The notes under the pieces were generated by a model. The model had not been told where the DNA came from and did not search any database. It saw nothing but the letters and a program-made list of their open reading frames with translations. From Candidatus Gottesmanbacteria bacterium GW2011_GWA2_43_14 (GTDB lineage Bacteria > Patescibacteriota > Microgenomatia > 2-02-FULL-39-11), in assembly GCA_000999095.1 (NCBI GenBank), contig LCFP01000002.1:69736-133735 (forward strand): a DNA stretch of 64,000 nt, read 5' to 3'. Both the position numbers and the translations under genes were made by a program. This document shows positions 1 to 8,243 of the stretch, in pieces; the first letter of the stretch is position 1; each line of letters begins with the position of its first letter.

Positions 1-3
1 ACA

Positions 4-528
4 TTGCTTAATTACGACCGCTACCAGGATTATTTCGGCAGTAAATCTGTCAAAAGGGAAATCCTATATTTTGACAATGAAGGCAAATTAAGTTTGGCTT
101 CTTCACTTGTTCCCAGCCAGGATGCCAGAACCTCCATCCTAAAAAAATTCCTGGCTTCCTACAATTCGCCGCTTATTGAGTCCACGGACGAGATCATAAA
201 ACAATCTGACATTTACGGGCTGGACTATGCCCTCATTCCCGCCATAGCCATGCAGGAATCAGGAGGCTGCAAAGTATTGCCTCCCGGCTCACACAATTGC
301 TGGGGTTTCGGGATTTATGGGGATAAGACAGTATCCTTTAATAATTATTCAGAGGCAATTAATGCTGTAGCCAAAACCATAAAAGAAGCCTATATAAAGA
401 AAGGGCTCACCAACCCTACGCTGGTCGAAGACCGTTGGACTCCATCAAGTAAAGGCAACTGGTCTTACTCCGTCAATTTCTTTATCGGAAAAATCAGGGA
501 ATTGGAAAGAAACTACCATGCCACTTGA
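4..528 (+). CDS. Lysozyme-like/glucosaminidase-domain cell-wall hydrolase (probably 5'-truncated by window edge)
   Basis: AIAMQESG motif (catalytic Glu), HNCWGFG; paralog of the next ORF. Confidence 0.7.
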   Translation: MLNYDRYQDYFGSKSVKREILYFDNEGKLSLASSLVPSQDARTSILKKFLASYNSPLIESTDEIIKQSDIYGLDYALIPAIAMQESGGCKVLPPGSHNCWGFGIYGDKTVSFNNYSEAINAVAKTIKEAYIKKGLTNPTLVEDRWTPSSKGNWSYSVNFFIGKIRELERNYHAT

Positions 529-552
529 CAAGCCTATAATATATGGTATAAT
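525..552 (+). promoter_or_regulatory. sigma70-type promoter
   Basis: TTGACA (525-530), 16 nt spacer, TGnTATAAT (TATAAT 547-552). Confidence 0.6.
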
Positions 553-561
553 ACCACGTTA

Positions 562-609
562 GATCCTAAGGTTATCCTGACTCGTTCGGGAGCGCTTTAG
601 GATTTTTTT
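562..609 (+). terminator. Terminator-like hairpin in the 5' leader of the second hydrolase gene
   Basis: ATCCTAAGG..TCCTGA-CTCGT-TCGGGA..CTTTAGGAT followed by a T run. Confidence 0.5.
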
Positions 610-622
610 CTGCCCCGCGTTT

Positions 623-1144
623 ATGTATTTATTAGCGTCTGTTTTGGCCGTTATTATTCTCCTGTTGAATCCGGGCAGAGTCAGCGCGGTAGTAGACTCT
701 GCTTCCATTGTAAAAGAAATTAAAGAAGCAGAACCGGTTGATGACCGGGTCACCCGGCTGGAAAAAACCTTGACTGTCTATGGATCTGATTTGGCTCCTT
801 ACTCAAAATTTATTATAGCTGTATCTGATAAAAATAATTTACCGTGGCATCTGTTGGCTGCCATTTCCGGAGTTGAATCAGGTTTCTGCCGGAAAATACC
901 ATCTGTTTCCTACAATTGTTGGGGATGGGCAAACGGCAGGAAATACTTTACTGATTATGAAGATGCACTGGAGACTGTCGCGTCTGGCATTAAAAGCAAC
1001 TACATCGACAGGGGACTGACCACTCCGGAACTTATGAACAGGGTATATGCTCCGCCGTCAGCAACCTGGGCTTGGAAAGTGCGTTATTTTATGAATCTGA
1101 TAGAGTATCAGACCCCGGATATCAGTCTGGAGTTCAATTTGTAA
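623..1144 (+). CDS. Secreted lysozyme-like/glucosaminidase-domain protein
   Basis: Signal peptide (..VSA), AISGVESG, YNCWGW. Confidence 0.7.
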   Translation: MYLLASVLAVIILLLNPGRVSAVVDSASIVKEIKEAEPVDDRVTRLEKTLTVYGSDLAPYSKFIIAVSDKNNLPWHLLAAISGVESGFCRKIPSVSYNCWGWANGRKYFTDYEDALETVASGIKSNYIDRGLTTPELMNRVYAPPSATWAWKVRYFMNLIEYQTPDISLEFNL

Positions 1145-1164
1145 TAGGGTATAATATTGACGCC

Positions 1165-1249
1165 GCCGGGGTGGCGAAACTGGCAGACGCGCAGGATTTA
1201 GGATCCTGTGTCCGAATAGGACGTGGAGGTTCAACTCCTCTCTCCGGCA
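1165..1249 (+). tRNA. tRNA-Leu(TAG)
   Basis: Acceptor GCCGGGG/CTCCGGC, anticodon arm CAGGA-TTTAGGA-TCCTG, long variable arm, GGTTCAA T loop; CCA not encoded. Confidence 0.95.
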
Positions 1250-1272
1250 CTTTTTTATGATATAATCGCCAC

Positions 1273-2127
1273 ATGGCTACGTCTACTTTAAAACAATTAC
1301 CTAAAGCAACTGCGGAAATCGAAATAAATATTCCCTGGGCAGAAATAAAATCAACTTATGACGAGGTACTGACCCAGGTCAGCCGGGAATCGGAATTGCC
1401 TGGTTTTAGAAAGGGAAAAGCACCCCAAAAAATAGTCGAAGGAAAAGTCGACAAGACTAAAATATACGAGGAAGTCATTAAAAAAATCATACCCAAAGCG
1501 TACGCTGAGGCTGTTTCCGAACATAAACTCCAGCCGATCACTTCGCCTAAAATTGAGGTAGTAAAAGCCAAGCAGGATCAGGACTGGACCGTCAAAGCCA
1601 CTCTTTCTTTGAAACCTAAAATCATTCTGAAAAATTACAAGGATAAAATCAGGGAACTGAAGAAGACTAAAGTAAAAATCTGGACTCCCGGGGAAGGTAA
1701 ACCGGACAAGGAAGAAGAAACCAAAAAGTTGACTGTGGATGAAATTATTGGTGCTTTGGCAAGCGAAGCAGAAGTCGAGCTCTCGGATGAACTGATCAGT
1801 CAGGAGGCAAACAGGCTGCTCTCGGAGCTGATTGACCAGACAAGACAACTGGGCTTAACCGTTGAACAGTACCTTATTTCCAAAGGTAAAACTAACGAAC
1901 AATTAAGGGCAGAATATGCGCAAACAGCCAAAAGGAACCTCTCCATCGAATTTGCTTTAGCAGAGGTGGCTGATAAGGAAAATATTACCGTCAGCCAGGA
2001 AGACCTCAATAAAATTTTGGACAAAGTGGAAAAACCGGAAGAGAAGGAAAAACTCAAAAAAGACAGCTATTATTTGGCGCATCTGATCAGGCAGCAAAAG
2101 ACACTTGATTTTCTCAGCAACCTATAG
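1273..2127 (+). CDS. tig: Trigger factor lacking the PPIase domain
   Basis: Ribosome-binding GFRKGKAP motif plus C-terminal domain; only 284 aa. Confidence 0.9.
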   Translation: MATSTLKQLPKATAEIEINIPWAEIKSTYDEVLTQVSRESELPGFRKGKAPQKIVEGKVDKTKIYEEVIKKIIPKAYAEAVSEHKLQPITSPKIEVVKAKQDQDWTVKATLSLKPKIILKNYKDKIRELKKTKVKIWTPGEGKPDKEEETKKLTVDEIIGALASEAEVELSDELISQEANRLLSELIDQTRQLGLTVEQYLISKGKTNEQLRAEYAQTAKRNLSIEFALAEVADKENITVSQEDLNKILDKVEKPEEKEKLKKDSYYLAHLIRQQKTLDFLSNL

Positions 2128-2141
2128 TATAATCGGGCGCT

Positions 2142-2726
2142 ATGTTTGCCAAAAAGAGCAATCAAAAAATCAACCCCTGGGGAGATGACAATCACGAGAA
2201 ACTTACCCAAAGCCCCAAATCGGCTGTCAAAAAACAGTTAGGTGACCTTATCAGTCCGTCGAAAATGCTTGACCAGATTTTCGGCAATAATCCCTCAGGT
2301 GAATATTATCCCCGGCCTTCCATGCCGGAGAATCAGCCCAGCAAACCCTCCCGGGAAAATCTAGTATTTTCCTACCGCAACCGTTCGGAAGATGTCAAAA
2401 TTACCCAGGAAACCCAGGCTATCGTCAATGAGTTAAAAAAACAGGTTACCATCCTGGAAAAAAAGGAAAAAGGCATAACCCAGGAATTGGCGAAGATAAA
2501 AGTCGAACAGTTGCCTCCCAAAACCGGAATTTATTATTTACGGTTCCTGGAATGGCTGCTTCTGGAAGTCAAGAGACTGATTGTCAAAGTCGATGAAGGA
2601 AAAGCGTGGCTCTCTACCTTTAACCAGAAAAAAAAGAAAAGAATGGGCTATTGGAAAATGTACAAAAAACACGGTACAACTTTCGGCCTTTCCCACGAAC
2701 GGTCACTGGCTACCCAGTCCGGCTAA
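2142..2726 (+). CDS. CPR-type conserved protein (DUF5660-like)
   Basis: C-terminal GIYYLRFLEWL..YWKMYKKHGTTFGLSHERSLATQSG pattern recalled from CPR proteins. Confidence 0.6.
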   Translation: MFAKKSNQKINPWGDDNHEKLTQSPKSAVKKQLGDLISPSKMLDQIFGNNPSGEYYPRPSMPENQPSKPSRENLVFSYRNRSEDVKITQETQAIVNELKKQVTILEKKEKGITQELAKIKVEQLPPKTGIYYLRFLEWLLLEVKRLIVKVDEGKAWLSTFNQKKKKRMGYWKMYKKHGTTFGLSHERSLATQSG

Positions 2727-4100
2727 TAAATTATCCATAGCCGCCTCAATTTTTTCCGCCCGGCTGCGTGTGTTGCCGAATATCACATAACCTAAATAAT
2801 TTTGTTCCATCAGTCTCGTGCCTGTAATGACAATCCCTTCTTTTTTAACGGGATCATATAAAATCGGAGACAGGATTTCGAATAATTTATTTGCTTCTTC
2901 GGCCGGACCGCTTTTTTTTATCGGGTATAAATTGTTAGTCAGGATATAAGTGTCATACATAAAATCCTTACCGAACAAATACCTGGCCAAATGGTAAGCG
3001 TGGGTCCCGCCGGTTCTCCGTACATTCGATTCGGTTACAAAAATATCGCCGTTTTTGGAAGCGACAAAATCTATTTCATAATAACCACGGTAGCCACGGG
3101 AAGCCAATTGTTCGCCCAGGAAAAAACCGGTATCCATAATTTGGGCCGTATCCTGATCCGACAGAACCGTATTATTTATTTCCACACCCTTAAAAATGCC
3201 GCTTGCCGATATACGCATGGCGCAATAATACAGGAATTCCACCCGCCCGTTTTTATTTATTTTAAATTCGGCATTGGGGTAGCCTCCCCCGATAGTCACG
3301 GCTGGATCAATGTATTTTTCCACAATTATGGGAAACTTATTCCAATATGTTTCTTTGCGAAACGTATTTAAAATTGTTCCTACGCATTCGTTGTAACTTT
3401 TAGGCAAGTCGTTTTCCCGGAAGATCAAAAGGCCCGCACCGGCATGTCCTTTATTGGTTTTAATGACAATGCCGTTTTCCTTGACATACATCTTGGCAGC
3501 CATTTTAGCCGTATTTTCAATATCGATTGATATAAGTCCCGGCGGCATTTTAAAATCGGGCTCCTGGATGCCTGATTGCTGGGAAAGCTGTCTGATACCC
3601 GATTTGCTGCCAAAAAAATCGACTGTCCAGGAATCCGCTTCAACCGGAGATTCAGGCGTATGTATCACAACTCCCCGTTCCCTGATTGTTGAAACCAGAT
3701 GAAGAAACTGGGAAGAATTGGTGTAACTGATAAACTCTACCCGGGTATACCTGCGGGATATACTGACCAGTTCATCCAAAAGCTGGCTGTCCGATACGAT
3801 ATCTTTGGAAATCTCACCGGTGTGGAGTTTCGGCGTCAATATTTTGAAATTTTTATTACCTGACAAGCCAAGAAAATATTTAATATATTTTTCCTTAACC
3901 GGTTTCGGCAGGACCATAACGATGTTTTCCATTCCGGTAAAACTGAAAAGATCGTGTTCCGCCAGGCCAGTATTTTCTATAATTTCCGTTTGACGGACGT
4001 AAGGGTTGGAAATTGACTGGATAAAAGGCCAGACATCTTCGGACATGTTGGATATATATATGGTGATCACCGATGAGTCTTTAACAATTGTTTTTTTCAT
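2703..4100 (-). CDS. ATP-grasp domain protein (PGM1-like ligase type)
   Basis: VIKTNKGHAGAG, VEKYI, GYYEIDF, ESNVRRTGGTH (ExNxR). Confidence 0.7.
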   Translation of the reverse strand: MKKTIVKDSSVITIYISNMSEDVWPFIQSISNPYVRQTEIIENTGLAEHDLFSFTGMENIVMVLPKPVKEKYIKYFLGLSGNKNFKILTPKLHTGEISKDIVSDSQLLDELVSISRRYTRVEFISYTNSSQFLHLVSTIRERGVVIHTPESPVEADSWTVDFFGSKSGIRQLSQQSGIQEPDFKMPPGLISIDIENTAKMAAKMYVKENGIVIKTNKGHAGAGLLIFRENDLPKSYNECVGTILNTFRKETYWNKFPIIVEKYIDPAVTIGGGYPNAEFKINKNGRVEFLYYCAMRISASGIFKGVEINNTVLSDQDTAQIMDTGFFLGEQLASRGYRGYYEIDFVASKNGDIFVTESNVRRTGGTHAYHLARYLFGKDFMYDTYILTNNLYPIKKSGPAEEANKLFEILSPILYDPVKKEGIVITGTRLMEQNYLGYVIFGNTRSRAEKIEAAMDNLLAGLGSQ

Positions 4101-4181
4101 AATTAAATCAGTATAAATCCTTGAGAAAACTTGTCAAACAGTATTTTGACAATTATAATCACAATGAAGAAATTTGAATCC

Positions 4182-4255
4182 GGATCCGTAGCTCAGACGG
4201 CTAGAGCGTTTCGTTGACATCGAAAAGGTCAGAGGTTCGAGTCCTCTCGGATCCA
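4182..4255 (+). tRNA. tRNA-Val(GAC)
   Basis: GGATCCG/CGGATCC acceptor, TTTCG-TTGACAT-CGAAA anticodon arm, GGTTCGA. Confidence 0.95.
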
Positions 4256-4257
4256 CC

Positions 4258-4321
4258 GACGGCTAGAGCGGTCCGATGTCCATCGGACAGGTCAGAGGTT
4301 CGAGTCCTCTCGGATCCACCA
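4258..4321 (+). repeat. Tandem partial tRNA-Val duplicate with replaced anticodon arm
   Basis: GACGGCTAGAGCG and AGGTCAGAGGTTCGAGTCCTCTCGGATCCACC are identical to the tRNA; the middle is GTCCGATGTCCATCGGAC. Confidence 0.9.
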
Positions 4322-4328
4322 TAATTAC

Positions 4329-4979
4329 ATGCCCGACAAAATCACCTCTCAAAAAGTAATTACTCTTCTGAACATTCACTATCCTAACGCCAAGATTGTC
4401 TTGAATTATTCCGATAATTGGGAATTATTGGTGGCTGTAATACTGTCAGCCCAGTGCACCGACAAAATAGTCAATAAGATCACTGAAAAACTGTTCAGGA
4501 AATATTCTAGCCTGAATGATTATGTAAACGCAGATCCGGCTGAATTCGCCCAGGATATAAAATCTGCCGGTTTCTATAATGCCAAGTCGAAAAATATTCT
4601 GGCCGCGGCAAATTTGATAAAAACAAATTACCAAGGGCGGGTTCCTGACAGCATGGAGCAGCTTTTAAAAATCCCCGGTGTGGCCAGAAAAACCGCCAAT
4701 ATCATCCTCGGGAATGCGTTCAATATTTCCGAGGGAATTACCGTCGATACCCATGTCAGAAGATTGTCACAGAGGTTGGGTTTGACAAAAAATGAAGATC
4801 CAGTAAAAATCGAACAGGACTTAATGGATCAATTCGATCAAAAAGACTGGTTTAAACTGACATATTTATTGATTGACCACGGCCGCCAAATTTGTGATGC
4901 CAGGAAGCCGAAATGCGATCAGTGTTTTTTAAATAAAGTGTGTCCTTCTGCCTTCCGGTTTCCGCATTTTGCCAAATAG
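4329..4979 (+). CDS. nth: Endonuclease III
   Basis: LSAQCTD, HhH IPGVARKTA, VDTHV, Cx6Cx2Cx5C 4Fe-4S motif. Confidence 0.95.
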   Translation: MPDKITSQKVITLLNIHYPNAKIVLNYSDNWELLVAVILSAQCTDKIVNKITEKLFRKYSSLNDYVNADPAEFAQDIKSAGFYNAKSKNILAAANLIKTNYQGRVPDSMEQLLKIPGVARKTANIILGNAFNISEGITVDTHVRRLSQRLGLTKNEDPVKIEQDLMDQFDQKDWFKLTYLLIDHGRQICDARKPKCDQCFLNKVCPSAFRFPHFAK

Positions 4980-5001
4980 TGTATAATTGACAAAGTTTAA
5001 T

Positions 5002-5146
5002 CTCAGCGTTTGCATAGAGACTCACCAACTCTAAAGCTGAGCGTTTCTCCCGATTCGAAATCGGGAACAATTAAGAGCCGTTTCTGGAATTGCGATGGAA
5101 CCGTCCGACTTAACATCGGACTCGCAAAAAAAGAACGGTATTTTTT
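5002..5146 (+). promoter_or_regulatory. T-box riboswitch (Thr) with ultra-short stem I
   Basis: Antiterminator GCGA-TGGAACC-(GTCCGA..TCGGAC)-TCGC at 5092-5125; stem I 5002-5041 with loop ACTCACCAA containing Thr codons; directly upstream of thrS. Confidence 0.8.
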
Positions 5147-7027
5147 ATGACTAAAGTAAATCTGGAAAACCTCAGGCATTCAACAGCCCATTTATTGGCG
5201 GCTGCGGTCATGGAATTGTGGCCGCAGTCCAAAAGGACCATCGGGCCTGCAATTGAAAACGGCTTTTATTTTGATTTCGACTTTGGTGATATCAAAATAT
5301 CCGAAAACGATTTTCCCAAAATCGAGGCTAAAATGCGGCAACTTTTGAAGGGTTGGCAAGATTTCCAAAGGCATGAACTGTCAGCTGAAGAAGCTAAAAA
5401 AGAGTATCCAGGAAATCCTTTTAAACATGAACTGATTGATGAATTTTCTGCCGAGGGTCAAAAACTGACTTTTTACAAATCAGGTGAATATTGGGACCTT
5501 TGCCGGGGAGGGCACGTCGACCATCCCGATCAGAATCTGAAATATTTCAAATTGTTGAAAGTGGCCGGGGCTTATTGGCGTGGAAACGAGAAGAATAAAA
5601 TGCTGACCAGAATTTACGGTACCAGCTTTCCTTCGCAAAAAGAGCTGGAGGACTATTTGAAATCGCTTGAGGAAGCGGAAAAACGCGACCACCGCAAACT
5701 TGGCAGGGAATTGGATTTGTTTTCCACAAGCCCTCTGACCGGCGCCGGTCTGATACTCTGGCATCCCAAACTTGCTACTGTCAGAAATATTGTCGAGCAA
5801 TTCTGGAAAGATGAACATTACAAAGAAGGCTACCAGTTGGTAAACACGCCGCATATTGCCTCAACGGATATGTTTGTACTCTCACGACACCTGTCCAAAT
5901 ACATCGACTATATGTTCCCCATCATGATGCATGAATTTATCGAAGGGGATAGTGCCGGGGATTACTCAGCTGATGAAGTATTAAAACCCATGAACTGTCC
6001 CAACCATATCCAGATATTCAAAGCACGGCCCAGAAGTTACCGCGATCTTCCTGTCAGAATGGGTGAATTGGGTACCGTCTACCGCTATGAACGGGCAGGG
6101 GTTCTCCATGGCATGACGCGCGTCCGAGGTTTTACCCAGGACGATTCGCATATCTTCTGCGCACCTGAACAGGTTATCGAAGAAGTCCGGCGGGTATTAG
6201 CCATCATGAAACGATTTTACCGGGTATTCGGATTTTCCGGCTACCAGGCATATATCTCCACCCGTCCGGAGAAATTTCTGGGAGAACTAAAAATGTGGGA
6301 CTTTGCCGAAGAATCGCTCAAAAAAGCCGCTGCTCTTGAAGGTCTTGCTTATAAAATAGATGAAGGGGCCGGAGTTTTTTACGGGCCAAAAATCGACATG
6401 AAAGTCAAAGATTCTCTGGGACGCGAGTGGCAGCTGGGTACGGTTCAATTCGATTTCAACCAACCGTCTCGGGCGGAAACAACCGAGGAGGAAATTGACG
6501 AATTCTGGAATTTGAAATCATTCAAATTAAAATTCAAATCCAGGGAAAACACGGCCAAATATTTAAAAAAACTGGGCAGGGGATTCGATGTCACCTATAT
6601 TAACCATGAGGGAGCTGAAAAACAATGCGTCATGATACACAGAGTAGTGTTGGGCTCAATGGAACGGTTTTTCGGCATCCTGATCGAACATTACGGTGGA
6701 GCCTTTCCCCTGTGGCTGTCTCCGGTGCAGGTTGAGTTAATCCCGATTGCCGAAAGGCATTTGGAATATGCCCAAAATGCCGAAAATGTATTGAAAACTG
6801 CGGGTGTCAGAACGGAAACGGACAAAAGGCCGGAACGCATGCAGGCAAAAATTCGCGACCATACTTTACAAAAAGTGCCGTATTTGGGTATAATAGGGGA
6901 TAAAGAAGTTGAAAAAAAAGACGGTGTCTATCTCTCAGTAAGATCAAGAGATGGCAAAGATTTAGGCCAGCTTAGACTGGACCGTTTTTTAGTAACCTTA
7001 AAAGAACAGATTGAAAAAAAGTTTTAA
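5147..7027 (+). CDS. thrS: Threonine--tRNA ligase (no TGS domain)
   Basis: RHSTAH, DLCRGGH, KPMNCP, RVRGFTQDD, HRVVLGSMERF. Confidence 0.97.
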   Translation: MTKVNLENLRHSTAHLLAAAVMELWPQSKRTIGPAIENGFYFDFDFGDIKISENDFPKIEAKMRQLLKGWQDFQRHELSAEEAKKEYPGNPFKHELIDEFSAEGQKLTFYKSGEYWDLCRGGHVDHPDQNLKYFKLLKVAGAYWRGNEKNKMLTRIYGTSFPSQKELEDYLKSLEEAEKRDHRKLGRELDLFSTSPLTGAGLILWHPKLATVRNIVEQFWKDEHYKEGYQLVNTPHIASTDMFVLSRHLSKYIDYMFPIMMHEFIEGDSAGDYSADEVLKPMNCPNHIQIFKARPRSYRDLPVRMGELGTVYRYERAGVLHGMTRVRGFTQDDSHIFCAPEQVIEEVRRVLAIMKRFYRVFGFSGYQAYISTRPEKFLGELKMWDFAEESLKKAAALEGLAYKIDEGAGVFYGPKIDMKVKDSLGREWQLGTVQFDFNQPSRAETTEEEIDEFWNLKSFKLKFKSRENTAKYLKKLGRGFDVTYINHEGAEKQCVMIHRVVLGSMERFFGILIEHYGGAFPLWLSPVQVELIPIAERHLEYAQNAENVLKTAGVRTETDKRPERMQAKIRDHTLQKVPYLGIIGDKEVEKKDGVYLSVRSRDGKDLGQLRLDRFLVTLKEQIEKKF

Positions 7028-7538
7028 ATATTACCGGATAAATTATCAGATTTCGGCAGCCAATTTAAGACTTTTGGATGAGTCGGGCAAACAAATCGGA
7101 GTCAAGACAAGGGAAGAAGCGTTAAAAATGGCCCAGGCAGAGGGAAAGGATTTGGTCGAAATTGCAGGGAAGGCAAATCCGCCGGTCGTCAGAATTATCG
7201 ACTACAAAAAATTTAAATACCTCGAAGCCAAACGCGAACGGGACGCCAAAAAGAAAACCAAAAACGTCACGGTCAAGGAAATCAGGCTGTCACCCTTTAT
7301 CGGAGAACACGATTTTCAGACCAGGATTAAAAAAGCTGAAGAATTCCTGAAGGAAGGCAACCAGCTGAAAATAAATCTGCCGTTTCGGGGGAGGGAAATT
7401 GTCCATAAAGAGTTCGGTATGGAAACGATGAAAAAGGCTATCCAGGAACTGAAGGAATCAGCCAAAGTCATCAGGGATCCTCACTTTGAAGGAAGGGTAC
7501 TGGTAGCTCAATTAGCACCGGCCAAGGGGTCAATTTAG
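7011..7538 (+). CDS. infC: Translation initiation factor IF-3
   Basis: RINYQI, DLVEI, PPVVRIIDY, KEIRLSP, FRGRE; non-ATG start; thrS-infC-rpmI-rplT synteny. Confidence 0.95.
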   Translation: MKKSFKYYRINYQISAANLRLLDESGKQIGVKTREEALKMAQAEGKDLVEIAGKANPPVVRIIDYKKFKYLEAKRERDAKKKTKNVTVKEIRLSPFIGEHDFQTRIKKAEEFLKEGNQLKINLPFRGREIVHKEFGMETMKKAIQELKESAKVIRDPHFEGRVLVAQLAPAKGSI

Positions 7539-7548
7539 AATAATTATT

Positions 7549-7743
7549 ATGCCAAAACAAAAAACCAGAAAAACAGTCGCCAAGAGATTTAAAATAACCA
7601 AAACCGGACTTGTTTTACGCGGACACCAGTATGCCAGGCACCGCAAAGCCCATAAGTCCAAAAGGACCATCAGTTCTTACCATGGCACTGTCAGACTTTC
7701 ACATAAAATGGCGGCCAAAATAAAAAAATTATTAAGGGGATAA
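7549..7743 (+). CDS. rpmI: 50S ribosomal protein L35
   Basis: MPKQKTRKTVAKRFKITKTG. Confidence 0.95.
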   Translation: MPKQKTRKTVAKRFKITKTGLVLRGHQYARHRKAHKSKRTISSYHGTVRLSHKMAAKIKKLLRG

Positions 7744-7747
7744 AAAC

Positions 7748-8095
7748 ATGAGAATTAAAAGAGGCATTACCAGTCATAGGCGGCATAAAAAGCTTTTGGA
7801 GTCGGTTAAAGGGTACCGCATGTCCAAAAGACGATTAATAAAATCAGCTACAGAGGCTCATCTCCACGCGGGAGCTTATGCTTATCAGGGCCGGAAAAAG
7901 AAAAAATCAGATTTCCGGAAATTATGGATTATCAGAATTACTGCTGCCGTCAGAAGCGAAGGAATCTCTTACAGTCAATTCATCCATAAAATGAAATTAA
8001 AGAAAATCTCTTTAGACCGTAAAATTTTAGCTCTGCTGGTCAGGGAAGATCCTGAGACTTTCAAGGCTGTAGTTGACAGGATAAGAAAAAATTGA
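7748..8095 (+). CDS. rplT: 50S ribosomal protein L20
   Basis: MRIKRG, FRKLWIIRI, LDRKILA. Confidence 0.95.
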   Translation: MRIKRGITSHRRHKKLLESVKGYRMSKRRLIKSATEAHLHAGAYAYQGRKKKKSDFRKLWIIRITAAVRSEGISYSQFIHKMKLKKISLDRKILALLVREDPETFKAVVDRIRKN

Positions 8096-8101
8096 TAATC
8101 T
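8073..8101 (+). promoter_or_regulatory. Putative promoter for the aro leader/operon
   Basis: TTGACA (8073-8078), 17 nt, TGn-TAATCT (8096-8101); GTG of the leader lies 8 nt downstream. Confidence 0.55.
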
Positions 8102-8109
8102 TCAATATT

Positions 8110-8190
8110 GTGACAGGCCAAACCAACAACTGGTATTATTTTTATTTTACCCCTATACAGTCGGGGCTTGGTTTGATGCTTAGAAAATAA
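8110..8190 (+). CDS. Aromatic amino acid attenuator leader peptide MTGQTNNWYYFYFTPIQSGLGLMLRK
   Basis: Hand translation; six consecutive aromatic codons (8131-8148) upstream of a terminator and the aro operon. Confidence 0.85.
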   Translation: MTGQTNNWYYFYFTPIQSGLGLMLRK

Positions 8191-8217
8191 CCTAATAACA
8201 ATAAATTATATACAACC

Positions 8218-8243
8218 AACCCCGAAAGAATCGGGGTTTTTTT
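8218..8243 (+). terminator. Attenuator terminator
   Basis: AACCCCGA-AAGAA-TCGGGGTT plus T run; competing antiterminator 8161-8175 pairs with 8213-8225. Confidence 0.85.

Noticed and set aside
1072-1260. 62-aa ORF in the ORF track
   Set aside because: It overlaps tRNA-Leu and is spurious.
4258-4321. Second functional tRNA or attR of an integrated element
   Set aside because: It lacks the 5' D-stem strand and a 7-nt anticodon loop, and there is no intervening cargo or integrase.
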